The notes beneath the pieces were generated by a model. That model was not told the DNA's origin. It searched no databases and worked only from the letters and a program-made list of their open reading frames with translations. A stretch of DNA of 64,000 nt. Origin: a virus. The stretch covers positions 87,578 to 151,577 of IMG/VR virus record IMGVR_UViG_3300028107_000175. One strand, 5' to 3'. Numbering within the stretch: position 1 is the stretch's first letter; each line of letters starts with the position of its first letter. A program made the translations under genes and the position numbers. Of this stretch, positions 8,281 to 18,058 are shown one piece after another.

Positions 8281-10229
8281 TGCTGAGGTTGCATGCCCGT
8301 GAACTTGCGGCCATGACTGACGAACAGCGCTGGGCACTGGATGTAGGTCAGCCTCCACAGGCACCGATGGAAGTGATGTTTGACGATGGGGTGTTGCTCA
8401 CCACCATCCGCAAGAGCATCTACTCCTCGTACATGTGGGACTCCTACATCCACTACCCCAATGGTCCTGCGCTGCAACGTCATCACATTGGTAACGCACG
8501 CTTGGGAATGGATACCCACCTGGAGCTGATGAATCGGGTGCTCTGGGATACCTTCGACGCCTATCGCGGCGTGTTGGATCTGGAACTGATGTGCCGGCAG
8601 ATCTATCAGGCCATCAACCGTTTGTACAACGTGCTGACGTACAACTTGGAGGAGTACATCACCTCCATTTCGATCCTGGACTTCATCGGCGTCTCTGAAC
8701 ATCCCAAGATCAAGGAGATCGTCGCCAACACCGAACCCACCAGCTTCTCGGTGGAGAACTACTGCTATCCCAAGGCCAAGGACGTCATTCTCAATGACTC
8801 CAGCCTGAACGATAATGCCGTAGCCATCGTGGCCCGCAATGGCCTGGTGTCGATGGGTCAGGTGTTGCAGACCTGTGTGGTCCGTGGTGCGGTGGCGGAC
8901 ATCGATGAGCGGATCTTCCGCCATCCGATCATGTCCAACTTCACCTCTGGTCTGGATCAGTTCCACGACTCGCTCACCGAGTCGCGCTCGGCGGCCAAGG
9001 CGCTCAGCTTCACCCAAGAGCCGCTGCAGGAAGTGGAGTATTTCAACCGCAAGATGCAGCTGATGGCAGGCGTGGTGATGCGTTTGCATCGCGGCGACTG
9101 TGGCAGCAAGCATTACATCCGTTGGCACGTGCACTCCGGCGATCTGGCCAAGCTGGCCGGTCACTACTACGAGGGCGAAGATGGCACGCTGCACGTCATC
9201 AGTACCTCGGACAAGCACCTGATCGGCAAGACCATCATGAAGCGCTCCACGCTTCTGTGCGTCCATCCGGACCCGCAGGGTGTCTGTGCTGCGTGTATGG
9301 GTCAGTTGAGCCTCAGCGTGCCGCTGGGGGACAATCCGGGCCACTTCTCCGCTACGGCGATGGGTGAGCAGGCTGCGCAGCGCGTGCTGTCCACCAAGCA
9401 TCTGGATGGTAACTCTTCGGCCACCGGTAAGGAGCTGACCAGCTACGAGCAGAAGTTCCTCCGTACCGAGGAGGACACCAACATCCTGAAGGTCTCTCGA
9501 GATCTGATGGGCAAAAAGGTACTGCTCACGCTCAACGGTAAGGAAGCCGAACAGCTCTCGGACGTGACGTATGTGGAACGGGTCACCGATCTGCAGACCG
9601 GTCAGATCACCTCGCTCACCGAGGTGCTGTTCACCACGCTCCATGACAACGGTAACAACGAGCGTTCCAACATCACGGTGAATGTGGGCTCCCGTCACCC
9701 CAGCCTGACCCACGAGGCATTGGCCTACGTCAAGGAAAAGAGCTGGTCGCTGGATGCCAACGGTAACGTGGTGATCGACCTGACGGACTGGAACAACGAC
9801 CATCCGTTGTTCGAGCTGCCGTTGCGACATGTCAACATGCTGGATTCTATGAAGAGTATCGAGCGCTTTATGCGCGCCTCGGCTTCTTCGAGCGACTCCG
9901 GCAGCGGTCCGACGTTGCGTGATTACAACACGATGGAAGAAGCACTGCGGGCGTTCTACGAGCTGGTCACCTCGATGCTGTCGGTCAACATGGCACATCT
10001 GGAGATCCTGCTCAAGTCGCTCACGATCCGCAGTGAGGAACATCGTGACTACCGCCTGCCGCGTGTGGGCAATGCGTTCGTGGTGGGTGCGTTCGATACC
10101 ATCATCGAGAATCGTAGCCTCTCGGCTGCGATGGCCTACGAGAAGCATCGTCAGGTGCTCACCTCCACGACCACGCTGCTCAACAAGCACCGGCCGGATC
10201 ATCCGTTGGACGCCCTGATGGTGGGCTAA
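8280..10229 (+). CDS. Non-virion RNAP beta' subunit, C-terminal part (phiKZ gp74-like)
   Basis: TAATG overlap with the upstream gene; bridge-helix-like YFNRKMQL, GDCGS, Zn-binding C..(VCAACMG), GEQAAQRVLSTKH (beta' region G). Confidence 0.9.
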   Translation: MLRLHARELAAMTDEQRWALDVGQPPQAPMEVMFDDGVLLTTIRKSIYSSYMWDSYIHYPNGPALQRHHIGNARLGMDTHLELMNRVLWDTFDAYRGVLDLELMCRQIYQAINRLYNVLTYNLEEYITSISILDFIGVSEHPKIKEIVANTEPTSFSVENYCYPKAKDVILNDSSLNDNAVAIVARNGLVSMGQVLQTCVVRGAVADIDERIFRHPIMSNFTSGLDQFHDSLTESRSAAKALSFTQEPLQEVEYFNRKMQLMAGVVMRLHRGDCGSKHYIRWHVHSGDLAKLAGHYYEGEDGTLHVISTSDKHLIGKTIMKRSTLLCVHPDPQGVCAACMGQLSLSVPLGDNPGHFSATAMGEQAAQRVLSTKHLDGNSSATGKELTSYEQKFLRTEEDTNILKVSRDLMGKKVLLTLNGKEAEQLSDVTYVERVTDLQTGQITSLTEVLFTTLHDNGNNERSNITVNVGSRHPSLTHEALAYVKEKSWSLDANGNVVIDLTDWNNDHPLFELPLRHVNMLDSMKSIERFMRASASSSDSGSGPTLRDYNTMEEALRAFYELVTSMLSVNMAHLEILLKSLTIRSEEHRDYRLPRVGNAFVVGAFDTIIENRSLSAAMAYEKHRQVLTSTTTLLNKHRPDHPLDALMVG

Positions 10230-10243
10230 AACGGATGGCATGG

Positions 10244-10269
10244 TACTGGGGCTCCGCAAGGGGCCCCAG
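10244..10269 (+). terminator. Hairpin/terminator after the RNAP operon
   Basis: CTGGGGCTCC-gcaa-GGGGCCCCAG with downstream T-rich tract. Confidence 0.6.
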
Positions 10270-10305
10270 CACTTGCGCTTTTCGTTTTAGCCATGGGAGA
10301 TTAAG

Positions 10306-11853
10306 ATGACGGACATGTCCCGTCCCAATGCCCGTTTTGATCTGTACTCCCACTTCATCAAGATTACTGATTTTAGCCCGATGGTTAAGATCGCCTTGCA
10401 GGAGTATAGCTACCGCCTCACCCAGTGGGGTACGGAGCGACGAGGTCAGGTCAACGTTCGTGTCGAGAAGTGCGTCTACCGGGCCATGACCCAAGACGAA
10501 ACTGAAATGCGTCTGCACATCAATCAGCTGGAAGATGTGCTACGTCATCTGGAGTCGTACGGTATCTTGCGTCAATCCATTGCGATGGTGCGGCATGAGA
10601 TGTACGAGCCAGTGAAGGCTACCTTCAAATTCAAATCGCCCAAGGAACCCCGTGACCATCAGCCGATGATCATTGGATACCTGACTGCGCCTCCCGTGGA
10701 GGGTTACGCACCTTCCAAGGTGGTGACGCTGCAGACAGGTAAGGGTAAGGGCTTTGTCACGTTCAAGTCCTTGGTGGAAATCGGTCAACGCACACTGCTG
10801 ACCGTCAAGGGCATGTACGCGGTTAAATGGGAAGAGGAATACGATGAGATGTACGAGCGAGAGGACGGCGACGTCCTGATCGTGGATGGCAGTGACAAGC
10901 TCCGTAAGCTCATTCAGTGGGCGCGCGAGGGAAGTGTCAAGGCCAAGTTCATCATCATCACCCTCGGCACCATGCGCATGTTCATGCAGACCTACGAGGT
11001 CTACAACGGCAACATGGATGTCTACGGCTGTACGCCAGAAGAGCTGTGGGAGATGTTGGGGATCGGTGTGCACCTCACTGACGAGGCGCACATGGAGCAC
11101 CACTGCATCTACCGCATCGACCTCTTCAGTCACGTCCCGCTGTCGATCTTCCTGTCGGCAACGCTGGAATCTGACGACCAGTTCATGAACCAGATGTACG
11201 AGACCCAGTGGCCCAAACCCACCCGGTCTCCGAAGGTGCCACACCACAAGTACATCAAGGTGTACAACATCTGGTACTCGGTCGACAACATGAAGGGCAT
11301 TCGCTACAAGAACTTCATGAAACAGTACAACCACCCGCTGTATGAGCAGTCGATCATGAAGCGACCGCAAATGCTGGACAACTACTATGAGATGAATAAG
11401 AGCATCATGAACACGCTCTACTTCAACGATCGGAAAGTTGGCCAGAAGGCGCTGGTGTTCTGCGCAACCAAGGAAATGTGTACTGATTTCCGTGATCGCT
11501 TCCAAAGCGATTATCCCGACCTGAAGATCGGTCGGTACATCGACGTAGATCCCAAGACCGTACTCGCTGAGTCGGACATGGTCATCACCACGCTCAAGTC
11601 TGCCGGTACGGCCATTGACGTTCCCAACCTCACCCGAGTGTTGTGCACGCACAATGTGTCCTCCAAGCAGGCCAACGAGCAGGCGGTGGGTCGATTGCGC
11701 GAGATCAAGAACTGGCCGGATGAAACCCCGATCTTCACCTTCATCTCCGCACGCAACGTTGACACGCACTGCAAGTACGCTGCGGAAAAGGCCGGTAAGT
11801 TGGACGGTAAGGTTCTGAGTTATCAGGACTTCCAGTCCCGCTACCGCATCTAG
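10306..11853 (+). CDS. Superfamily 2 helicase (phiKZ gp75-like)
   Basis: Motif I LQTGKGKG, motif II LTDEAH, motif III LSAT, motif V SAGTAIDVPNL, motif VI QAVGRLR. Confidence 0.9.
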   Translation: MTDMSRPNARFDLYSHFIKITDFSPMVKIALQEYSYRLTQWGTERRGQVNVRVEKCVYRAMTQDETEMRLHINQLEDVLRHLESYGILRQSIAMVRHEMYEPVKATFKFKSPKEPRDHQPMIIGYLTAPPVEGYAPSKVVTLQTGKGKGFVTFKSLVEIGQRTLLTVKGMYAVKWEEEYDEMYEREDGDVLIVDGSDKLRKLIQWAREGSVKAKFIIITLGTMRMFMQTYEVYNGNMDVYGCTPEELWEMLGIGVHLTDEAHMEHHCIYRIDLFSHVPLSIFLSATLESDDQFMNQMYETQWPKPTRSPKVPHHKYIKVYNIWYSVDNMKGIRYKNFMKQYNHPLYEQSIMKRPQMLDNYYEMNKSIMNTLYFNDRKVGQKALVFCATKEMCTDFRDRFQSDYPDLKIGRYIDVDPKTVLAESDMVITTLKSAGTAIDVPNLTRVLCTHNVSSKQANEQAVGRLREIKNWPDETPIFTFISARNVDTHCKYAAEKAGKLDGKVLSYQDFQSRYRI

Positions 11854-11890
11854 TGATACGGGGAGGGTCACCTCCCCTTGAGAGAATCCC

Positions 11891-12481
11891 ATGGACCAGA
11901 ATCCCGATAACGGCATGCCCCTGGAAAAGGCCGAGTTCACCAACTCGATCAAATACCCCACCTTCGTCGAAGCGCTTCATGACTTCCGGGTGAGTCCGGA
12001 TCGACTGCGCAGCTACCTGGCCCATCGCATCAGCGAACCCCAGTCGGTGACCGAGCAGATCGCTTACGATCCGATCTTCGAAGGTGAGATGCTGCAGTGC
12101 CTGGTCCCGGTCAACCGTCGCGAGTTCTACTGCGAACTGGTGACAGCGTATCTGGTCATGGCGCTGAGCCCGCGCAACTACACCGCTCTGCTCCGGCTCG
12201 ACGGTGTGACGATGTACTGCGCTGTGCTGGACTACGTGTACGAGCAGCAGTATGTGGAGTTGCGTGAAACCCCACAGTCCCTGCAGGTCAACACGCTGTT
12301 CAAGATCCTGTACCGCATGGCGCAGGTGATCGAAGGCACCGACACCAAGCACGACGTTGAAGTTCGCTTCAATGACCTGCTCAACGAGGTGGAGTTGCCG
12401 CTGAACCAGTTCAAGATGTTGCTGGAAGAGTTCGACCGCGTGCAGTGCATCAAGGCGCCGCCGGAGTTGCTCAAGAGCTGA
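11891..12481 (+). CDS. Hypothetical protein (196 aa)
   Basis: GAG RBS, phage-like codon usage. Confidence 0.7.
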   Translation: MDQNPDNGMPLEKAEFTNSIKYPTFVEALHDFRVSPDRLRSYLAHRISEPQSVTEQIAYDPIFEGEMLQCLVPVNRREFYCELVTAYLVMALSPRNYTALLRLDGVTMYCAVLDYVYEQQYVELRETPQSLQVNTLFKILYRMAQVIEGTDTKHDVEVRFNDLLNEVELPLNQFKMLLEEFDRVQCIKAPPELLKS

Positions 12482-12486
12482 CATAG

Positions 12487-12523
12487 ACCCCTCCACCCCG
12501 CAAAGGGTGGAGGGGCTTATGCC
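12487..12523. terminator. Bidirectional terminator hairpin (repeat family with 17524 and 63686)
   Basis: CCCCTCCACCC-cgcaaa-GGGTGGAGGGG, flanked by ACATAG and TTATGCC, between convergent genes. Confidence 0.75.
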
Positions 12524-12534
12524 GTTCTTTTTTC

Positions 12535-14406
12535 TTATGCCTCTTCTTCCTCATCCTCGTCTTCGTCTTCATCCTCCTCATCGTAAGCGTCCTGTTCAGC
12601 CATGGCCACGAAATCATCGGCCTGCTGACGCAGATACTCACTCTGATAGTTGACGACGTCATCCGGGTCTTCACCAGCCAGGTGAGCACGGAAGTCGGCG
12701 AGCATGCGTTCCATCGACGGGGCGTTGTACATTGCCACGCAGATCTCCACCGCATTGACGTTACCGCCGGAGAGGTTGATGCCCACAGCACGTTGGATCG
12801 CTTCGGGCTTACCCACGATCTTGCACACTTCCTTGGCCGTGGTTGCCTTCTCGATGTTCATCGAGACCTGTTCGTTGGGGTAAGTACCCTCCACGTCCAG
12901 ATCGGCCACGTGGGCCCGCATGAGCGTTGCCAGATCCGGCCATTCCTTGATCGCCTTGACGCCGGTGTCAGCGACCAGGTGAGACGGCAGGGTGACAATC
13001 CAGTGACGCAGACTGACCGTGTGCTGATCGTTGTCGTCTTGCATCTTGTCCGAGGTCGAGGCGATGACCCAGCCCTTCTCCAGACATTCAAAATGCAAGT
13101 CGTCACAGGTACGGCGCGGCTGACTGCCGAAGTTTCGATATTCCGATGGTCCGGACATCGAGGAGATCATGCGCTTCAGGTCGGTGGTCTGCTCATCCAG
13201 CAACTCCAACGCGATACAGTCGAAGATGTTGTAGACGCAGTATTCGGCCTTGAAGGTCGTGCGCATGTAATCATGCCAGTCCTTCCCCTTGACGTGGTCG
13301 GCCTGACTGAACTTCAGCTTACGCATCCCCAGCTCTTTGTTGAGGATGAAGTCCAGCGAATACTTCGGTTCCTTACCCTTGGCGATACGCAGCTTCAGGT
13401 AAGTACACATCGAGTCGATGATGTAGAACGAGGCCGGGCAGTCGGCGGTATGCCATAACTCGGCCGGGCTCAACGCCATCTGTTTACCCGAGGCAGTGAT
13501 CTTCTTCGGGTTGCCTTCGATGTAGTTGAAGAACCGGTACTTCTGCGGTACCGCCGGATCGGAGTAGACCTGCGCCAAATCGTAGCCGCCATCGGTCAGA
13601 ACCTGATTGATCTTCTTGATGTCGAAGTTCATGTTCCACACGTTCAGGAAGTCCGGCTTCCATTCGTGGGCTTTCTGGATCAGGTTGTAACACAGGTCCG
13701 CTTCGGTCTTGGCGTATTCGATGACGATCTTCAAATTGCGCTGGGCAATCAGGTTGGCCGTCTTGGTCTCGCCGGTCTTTTTGTCGATGTACTCAAAGTC
13801 ACCCAGGTAGCGTTCGCAGGCCTGCATGATCTCCTTGGTGGGATCAGGATGACCTTCGAAGTAGCTTTCCATGACCACCAGATGCACGTTCTCCTTCATC
13901 GTGAGGGAGCCCATGATCATCTTCTTGTCTTTGTCCTTCTCCTCGGTGGTGGTTTCAATATCGAGGGAGCACACCGAGTTATCGGTTTGGTACGTGGGGT
14001 AGCGGCGCTGCCACTCGTGCTTGAACAACACCGGAGTGGTGACGTCACAGCCATAGACGTACGGGTCACGGCAAGCCATACGCAGCGAGCCATTCTTCGG
14101 GGCTCGGCCCATGGAACGGGCGATGTTGCGTACGAGGTTGATCTGAGTGGAGGTCTGCCGGCGCAGCTTGGCGCTCTTCTCGGCAAACTTCTTGTCCTTG
14201 TGGTTTCGGTGGGCTTCTTGGGTCACCCAGTACGGGCGTTTGAAGTTCTCCACCACCAACATGTGCGGCACCCGAGACCCGTCAGCACGGGTCAGGTACT
14301 CTTTGATGACGATCGCGTCGTCATATGACCCGTCGTTAGCTGTCGTGTAAATGCCGTGCTTCATCTCACGACCGACGATCGGGTTAGAGTCTACAGTTTG
14401 GTTCAT
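12535..14406 (-). CDS. Split family-B DNA polymerase, 3'-5' exonuclease/N-terminal half (phiKZ gp82-like)
   Basis: ExoI DIET, ExoII WNMNFD, ExoIII YNIFD, PolB motif-A-like DLDVEGTYP near the C-terminus; acidic tail. Start re-picked at MNQTVDS. Confidence 0.85.
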   Translation of the reverse strand: MNQTVDSNPIVGREMKHGIYTTANDGSYDDAIVIKEYLTRADGSRVPHMLVVENFKRPYWVTQEAHRNHKDKKFAEKSAKLRRQTSTQINLVRNIARSMGRAPKNGSLRMACRDPYVYGCDVTTPVLFKHEWQRRYPTYQTDNSVCSLDIETTTEEKDKDKKMIMGSLTMKENVHLVVMESYFEGHPDPTKEIMQACERYLGDFEYIDKKTGETKTANLIAQRNLKIVIEYAKTEADLCYNLIQKAHEWKPDFLNVWNMNFDIKKINQVLTDGGYDLAQVYSDPAVPQKYRFFNYIEGNPKKITASGKQMALSPAELWHTADCPASFYIIDSMCTYLKLRIAKGKEPKYSLDFILNKELGMRKLKFSQADHVKGKDWHDYMRTTFKAEYCVYNIFDCIALELLDEQTTDLKRMISSMSGPSEYRNFGSQPRRTCDDLHFECLEKGWVIASTSDKMQDDNDQHTVSLRHWIVTLPSHLVADTGVKAIKEWPDLATLMRAHVADLDVEGTYPNEQVSMNIEKATTAKEVCKIVGKPEAIQRAVGINLSGGNVNAVEICVAMYNAPSMERMLADFRAHLAGEDPDDVVNYQSEYLRQQADDFVAMAEQDAYDEEDEDEDEDEEEEA

Positions 14407-14481
14407 TTCGGTCTTCAAGGTGCCAGTCCACAATATTGATATGAGACATATATTTTCAACCACCTATGAGCAGGTGATCCC

Positions 14482-15765
14482 ATGAGCACTCTGAAGCAGA
14501 ACTTCGCCGCCGCCTTCGAGGCGATCGGTTATCAAAAGTCGACGCTGCTGTACAAGGAGTTGGTCTCCGCACTGACGGAAACCATCGCCGACAACAACGG
14601 CAATCCCAAGGAATTCACTGAGCTGAACCTGGGCAAGATCATCCAGCACCACACCGGCCTGAACATCCGCGTCAAGTCCGGGCGGTTCGTCAATGCCTAC
14701 GTCTACCCGCCGGTCATCGACATCAACAGCCCGCTGATCGCACACTGGCGCGGCTACGGTGAGGAAGCCCTGAAGGAAGTGCGCATCTCGCCGAAGAAGA
14801 TCGTGCAGATGGGCAGCAAGGGCACCATCGACCTGGAAAACGCCAAGGTCACCGGCGTGTTCGCCCAGATCCCGATCGACATGGTCGTCGGTACCGGCCT
14901 GTGGGTCACCTGCAAAATGAACGCCGAGGAAGTGGCCGCAGTGATCCTCCACGAAGTGGGTCACGCCTTCACCTTCCTGGAAACCATCATCCTGACCGTC
15001 TCGCGCAACATGGCCATCGCCTCGGCCGTGCAGGCTCTGGGTCCGAGCGACGCCATGGAGCATCGCCTGGAGATCATCTACGAAGCGTCCAAGCGCGGCG
15101 CATTCACCGTGGAAGATCCCAAGGCCCTGGCCGATCCCAAGGTGTCCAAGAAGGCCTTCGAAGCCATCCTGGTCAAGTCGGCCCTGACTGCCCAGCTGCA
15201 TTCGGCCAGCGATTCGGAAGTGTACGACCTGCGCTCCAGTGAGTTCATGGCCGATCAGTTCGCTACCCGTCAAGGCGCCGGCTCGGCTCTGGTGACTGGT
15301 CTGGACAAGCTGATGACCGGCATGCCCGGCTACAAGCGTGGTCTGTTCGCCCACCTGCTGGTGCAGGCGTTCTACACCGCCATGCTGATCGTCATGTCCA
15401 TCGGTGCACCGGTGGCAGTGGGTCTGCTGCTGGGCCTGATGTTGCTCTGCCCGGGTCTGGATCGTGAAATCTACGATCGCCCGATCGAGCGCGCCACGCG
15501 CATCAAGCGTGACATCATCCAGTCGATGAAGGACCCCAACCTGGAGTCGGACGTTCGCAAGTCCATGCTCAAGGATCTGGAAGTGATCGATGCGATGATC
15601 GCTGACCACAAGGATCGTTCGAGCCTGTTCGATGTGGTCTGGACCTCGCTCACCAGCGGCCGTCGCCACCAGCGGCGTCAGCTGGAAATCCAGCAGCAGC
15701 TGGAGAAGCTGATCAACACCGACCTGTTCGCGCATGCGCAGCAGCTCAAGCACCTGTCCTCGTAA
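14482..15765 (+). CDS. Putative virion protein with zincin (M48-like) metalloprotease motif
   Basis: VILHEVGH (HExxH) and downstream SEFMADQFA; hydrophobic segment near the C-terminus; TATG at 14464 upstream. Confidence 0.65.
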   Translation: MSTLKQNFAAAFEAIGYQKSTLLYKELVSALTETIADNNGNPKEFTELNLGKIIQHHTGLNIRVKSGRFVNAYVYPPVIDINSPLIAHWRGYGEEALKEVRISPKKIVQMGSKGTIDLENAKVTGVFAQIPIDMVVGTGLWVTCKMNAEEVAAVILHEVGHAFTFLETIILTVSRNMAIASAVQALGPSDAMEHRLEIIYEASKRGAFTVEDPKALADPKVSKKAFEAILVKSALTAQLHSASDSEVYDLRSSEFMADQFATRQGAGSALVTGLDKLMTGMPGYKRGLFAHLLVQAFYTAMLIVMSIGAPVAVGLLLGLMLLCPGLDREIYDRPIERATRIKRDIIQSMKDPNLESDVRKSMLKDLEVIDAMIADHKDRSSLFDVVWTSLTSGRRHQRRQLEIQQQLEKLINTDLFAHAQQLKHLSS

Positions 15766-15781
15766 CCCAAGGTACCTACCC

Positions 15782-16231
15782 ATGAAACTCAATGTTCCCA
15801 CCATTTCCAAGTCGTTCGAGTCGCTGGGCGTACCGCTGGAAGAGCGCGCGTCGGTGACTGCCGTGAGCCTGGCTCGCGCCATCGCTTACATGCTGCAGAT
15901 CCCGCCGACTGTCTACGAAGACATCGACAGCCACTTCGACAACTTCCATCTGGCCGACGTCGAGCGCACCCTGGCGCTGATGAACGAGACCGTGGTCTTC
16001 GACATCGACGCTGCTGCCAGCCTGGTCAAGGAAATCTGGCTGTTCCGCTACCGCCTGGCCCACGATCCGAACACCGAGGCCATGCGCGCCCTGGTCGACT
16101 CGCTGTGCAAGACCGCACCCAACCTCCCGCCGCAGGCGCAGGAGTACATCGCCACGGCCAACCAGAACGGCGCCCTGGATCAGATCGCCTCGGTCGTGCA
16201 GGGCGGCATCACTGCTGTTGAAGGGGAGTAA
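15782..16231 (+). CDS. Hypothetical (probable virion) protein, 149 aa
   Basis: AAGG RBS and ATG at 15782; lies in the structural operon. Confidence 0.65.
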   Translation: MKLNVPTISKSFESLGVPLEERASVTAVSLARAIAYMLQIPPTVYEDIDSHFDNFHLADVERTLALMNETVVFDIDAAASLVKEIWLFRYRLAHDPNTEAMRALVDSLCKTAPNLPPQAQEYIATANQNGALDQIASVVQGGITAVEGE

Positions 16232-16233
16232 TC

Positions 16234-17514
16234 ATGAGCGACTTCGATTCCGCACCCGTGCTGGAGACGGAATTCGATGGTGGCGAGGAACAGGCCGCGC
16301 TGGATGGTCATCAGGATGCGTTGTCGCGTCTGGATGGCCACCTGCGTGAACTGGAAGGCACTGGCGCGGTTTCCCGCGCCAATGTCAGCGCCATGGTCGA
16401 AGACGGTGTGGCTCTCCCCACCACCGCTCCGCTGAACTCCTTCACTGCCGATCCGTCCCAGACTAACCTGCACATCGCGCAGGAAGGCCTGATCGGCGCC
16501 ATCGTCGGCAAGATCAAGGATCTGGCCAAGGCCATCATCGCGCTGTTGAAGAAGGCATTCGACTGGGTGATCGGCCTGATTCGCAAGGTACGCTCGCATC
16601 AGGCGGAAATGGATCGTAAGGTCCAGAACGCACGTGAGACCGCCAAGGCCAATACCGAGATGTCCGAACTGCACATGGACGCCATGCAGGTCAAGCCGTC
16701 GGCTGTGGGTCGTATCAAGACCTTCAACGACAAGATCGAAGCGCTGGAAAAGCAGTGGCAGTCGCGCTTCAACGATCTGCACGCCGACTACGTGACGGGC
16801 TGTGAAGTCAGCAGCGTGGTCCGCTCGATCCTGCTGTACGTCCCGGAAGTGGCCGGCATCTACGAGATGCGCATGAGCCAGTATCTGGAGATCGCCAAGA
16901 AGGCTGCCGTGGGTGACTCCACCGCCGTGGGTGCCTTTGCTGCACTGGCTGCTCCGGAAAGCTTCCCGCGCCTGAACGCGCTGGTGGCCAAGCTGAACAT
17001 CGACAAGTTCAACCCGGTCGGTGTCACGCTCACGGCTGCGGCCAACATGACCCGTGCTCATCTGGAGTTCCTGCGTAACTCGCACACCTACGATGCGCCG
17101 AGTCTGGAAACGGTGGTCAATGCCCTGCAGGACAGCAATGCACAGCTGGGCGTGTCCACCTTCCTCAGTGAGGCGGTGCTGGTCAAGGCGCAGGAGCAGG
17201 TGCGGTCGACCCTGAGTAAGGTCGAAGCGCATTACAGCGCCATGCGTGAAGCCCGTGATGTGAGCGACCCGATCAGTCGCGCCGAGTACGCTGCGATCCG
17301 TGTCCTGCAGGATGAGGGCAATGCGATCAACAAGCTGATCGAATGCGGCATGATCATCGATCAGGGTCAGTCGGAAGTGGCCAACATGGCCTTTGACTAC
17401 GCGGCGATGCAGTACAGCATCCACACCGAACGTGCCAACGGCATCGAGGACGTGGAAACGCGCAAGCGGGCCAAGGACATCCATACCAACCTGAACCGCA
17501 ACGTCAAGCGGTAA
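16234..17514 (+). CDS. Internal head protein paralog (inner-body/ejection protein family)
   Basis: Acidic propeptide followed by IAQE|GLIGAIVGKIK amphipathic helix, shared with the 31-38 kb paralogs. Confidence 0.65.
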   Translation: MSDFDSAPVLETEFDGGEEQAALDGHQDALSRLDGHLRELEGTGAVSRANVSAMVEDGVALPTTAPLNSFTADPSQTNLHIAQEGLIGAIVGKIKDLAKAIIALLKKAFDWVIGLIRKVRSHQAEMDRKVQNARETAKANTEMSELHMDAMQVKPSAVGRIKTFNDKIEALEKQWQSRFNDLHADYVTGCEVSSVVRSILLYVPEVAGIYEMRMSQYLEIAKKAAVGDSTAVGAFAALAAPESFPRLNALVAKLNIDKFNPVGVTLTAAANMTRAHLEFLRNSHTYDAPSLETVVNALQDSNAQLGVSTFLSEAVLVKAQEQVRSTLSKVEAHYSAMREARDVSDPISRAEYAAIRVLQDEGNAINKLIECGMIIDQGQSEVANMAFDYAAMQYSIHTERANGIEDVETRKRAKDIHTNLNRNVKR

Positions 17515-17523
17515 CGGCACAAG

Positions 17524-17560
17524 ACCCCTCCCACCTTTGCGGGTGGGAGGGGCTTATGTC
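17524..17560. terminator. Bidirectional terminator hairpin
   Basis: CCCCTCCCACC-tttgcg-GGTGGGAGGGG then CTTATG; inverted relative of the 12487 hairpin; convergent genes. Confidence 0.75.
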
Positions 17561-17566
17561 GCTGAG

Positions 17567-18049
17567 TTACAGCATCTGGTAGTACGCGTTGACCTTCTCG
17601 GTGATCGCTTCGTTTTCCAGCGATGCCATGATCGAGCGGATGTCCACCTGCTTGTAAGCCATGGCGCGCGTGGCCGGATCGGCGGTGCGGGTGATCAGGC
17701 CCAGGATACGCTCGAAGGAACGCTGGTTGGCGCCGGTGATGCGCATGTCACCGAAGAAGCGATACAGCATGCGTTCGTCGAACGCGTCGCGACGGTGCTT
17801 GTGGAAGGTGGCCAGCACTTCCGACCACTGCAGCGAGAACTGCTGGGCATCGGCGTTGAGCACCTGACGCAGGCAGTTCCACAGAGCGGTCTGATAGCCA
17901 CCGCCATCGCGCGGGTCGATCGGACGGGCACCGGACATGTTGGTGACGTAGCTGTCCAGACGCTCCACCACCGCTTCCAGGTTGATACGCTGGGTGGACG
18001 GCAGCGAAGCCAGCTGCTGGGGAGTAACGGAATACGGTTGACGGGACAT
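17567..18049 (-). CDS. Conserved hypothetical protein (160 aa)
   Basis: Co-oriented with and downstream of the vRNAP fragment; good RBS. Confidence 0.7.
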   Translation of the reverse strand: MSRQPYSVTPQQLASLPSTQRINLEAVVERLDSYVTNMSGARPIDPRDGGGYQTALWNCLRQVLNADAQQFSLQWSEVLATFHKHRRDAFDERMLYRFFGDMRITGANQRSFERILGLITRTADPATRAMAYKQVDIRSIMASLENEAITEKVNAYYQML

Positions 18050-18058
18050 GGTGTTCTC

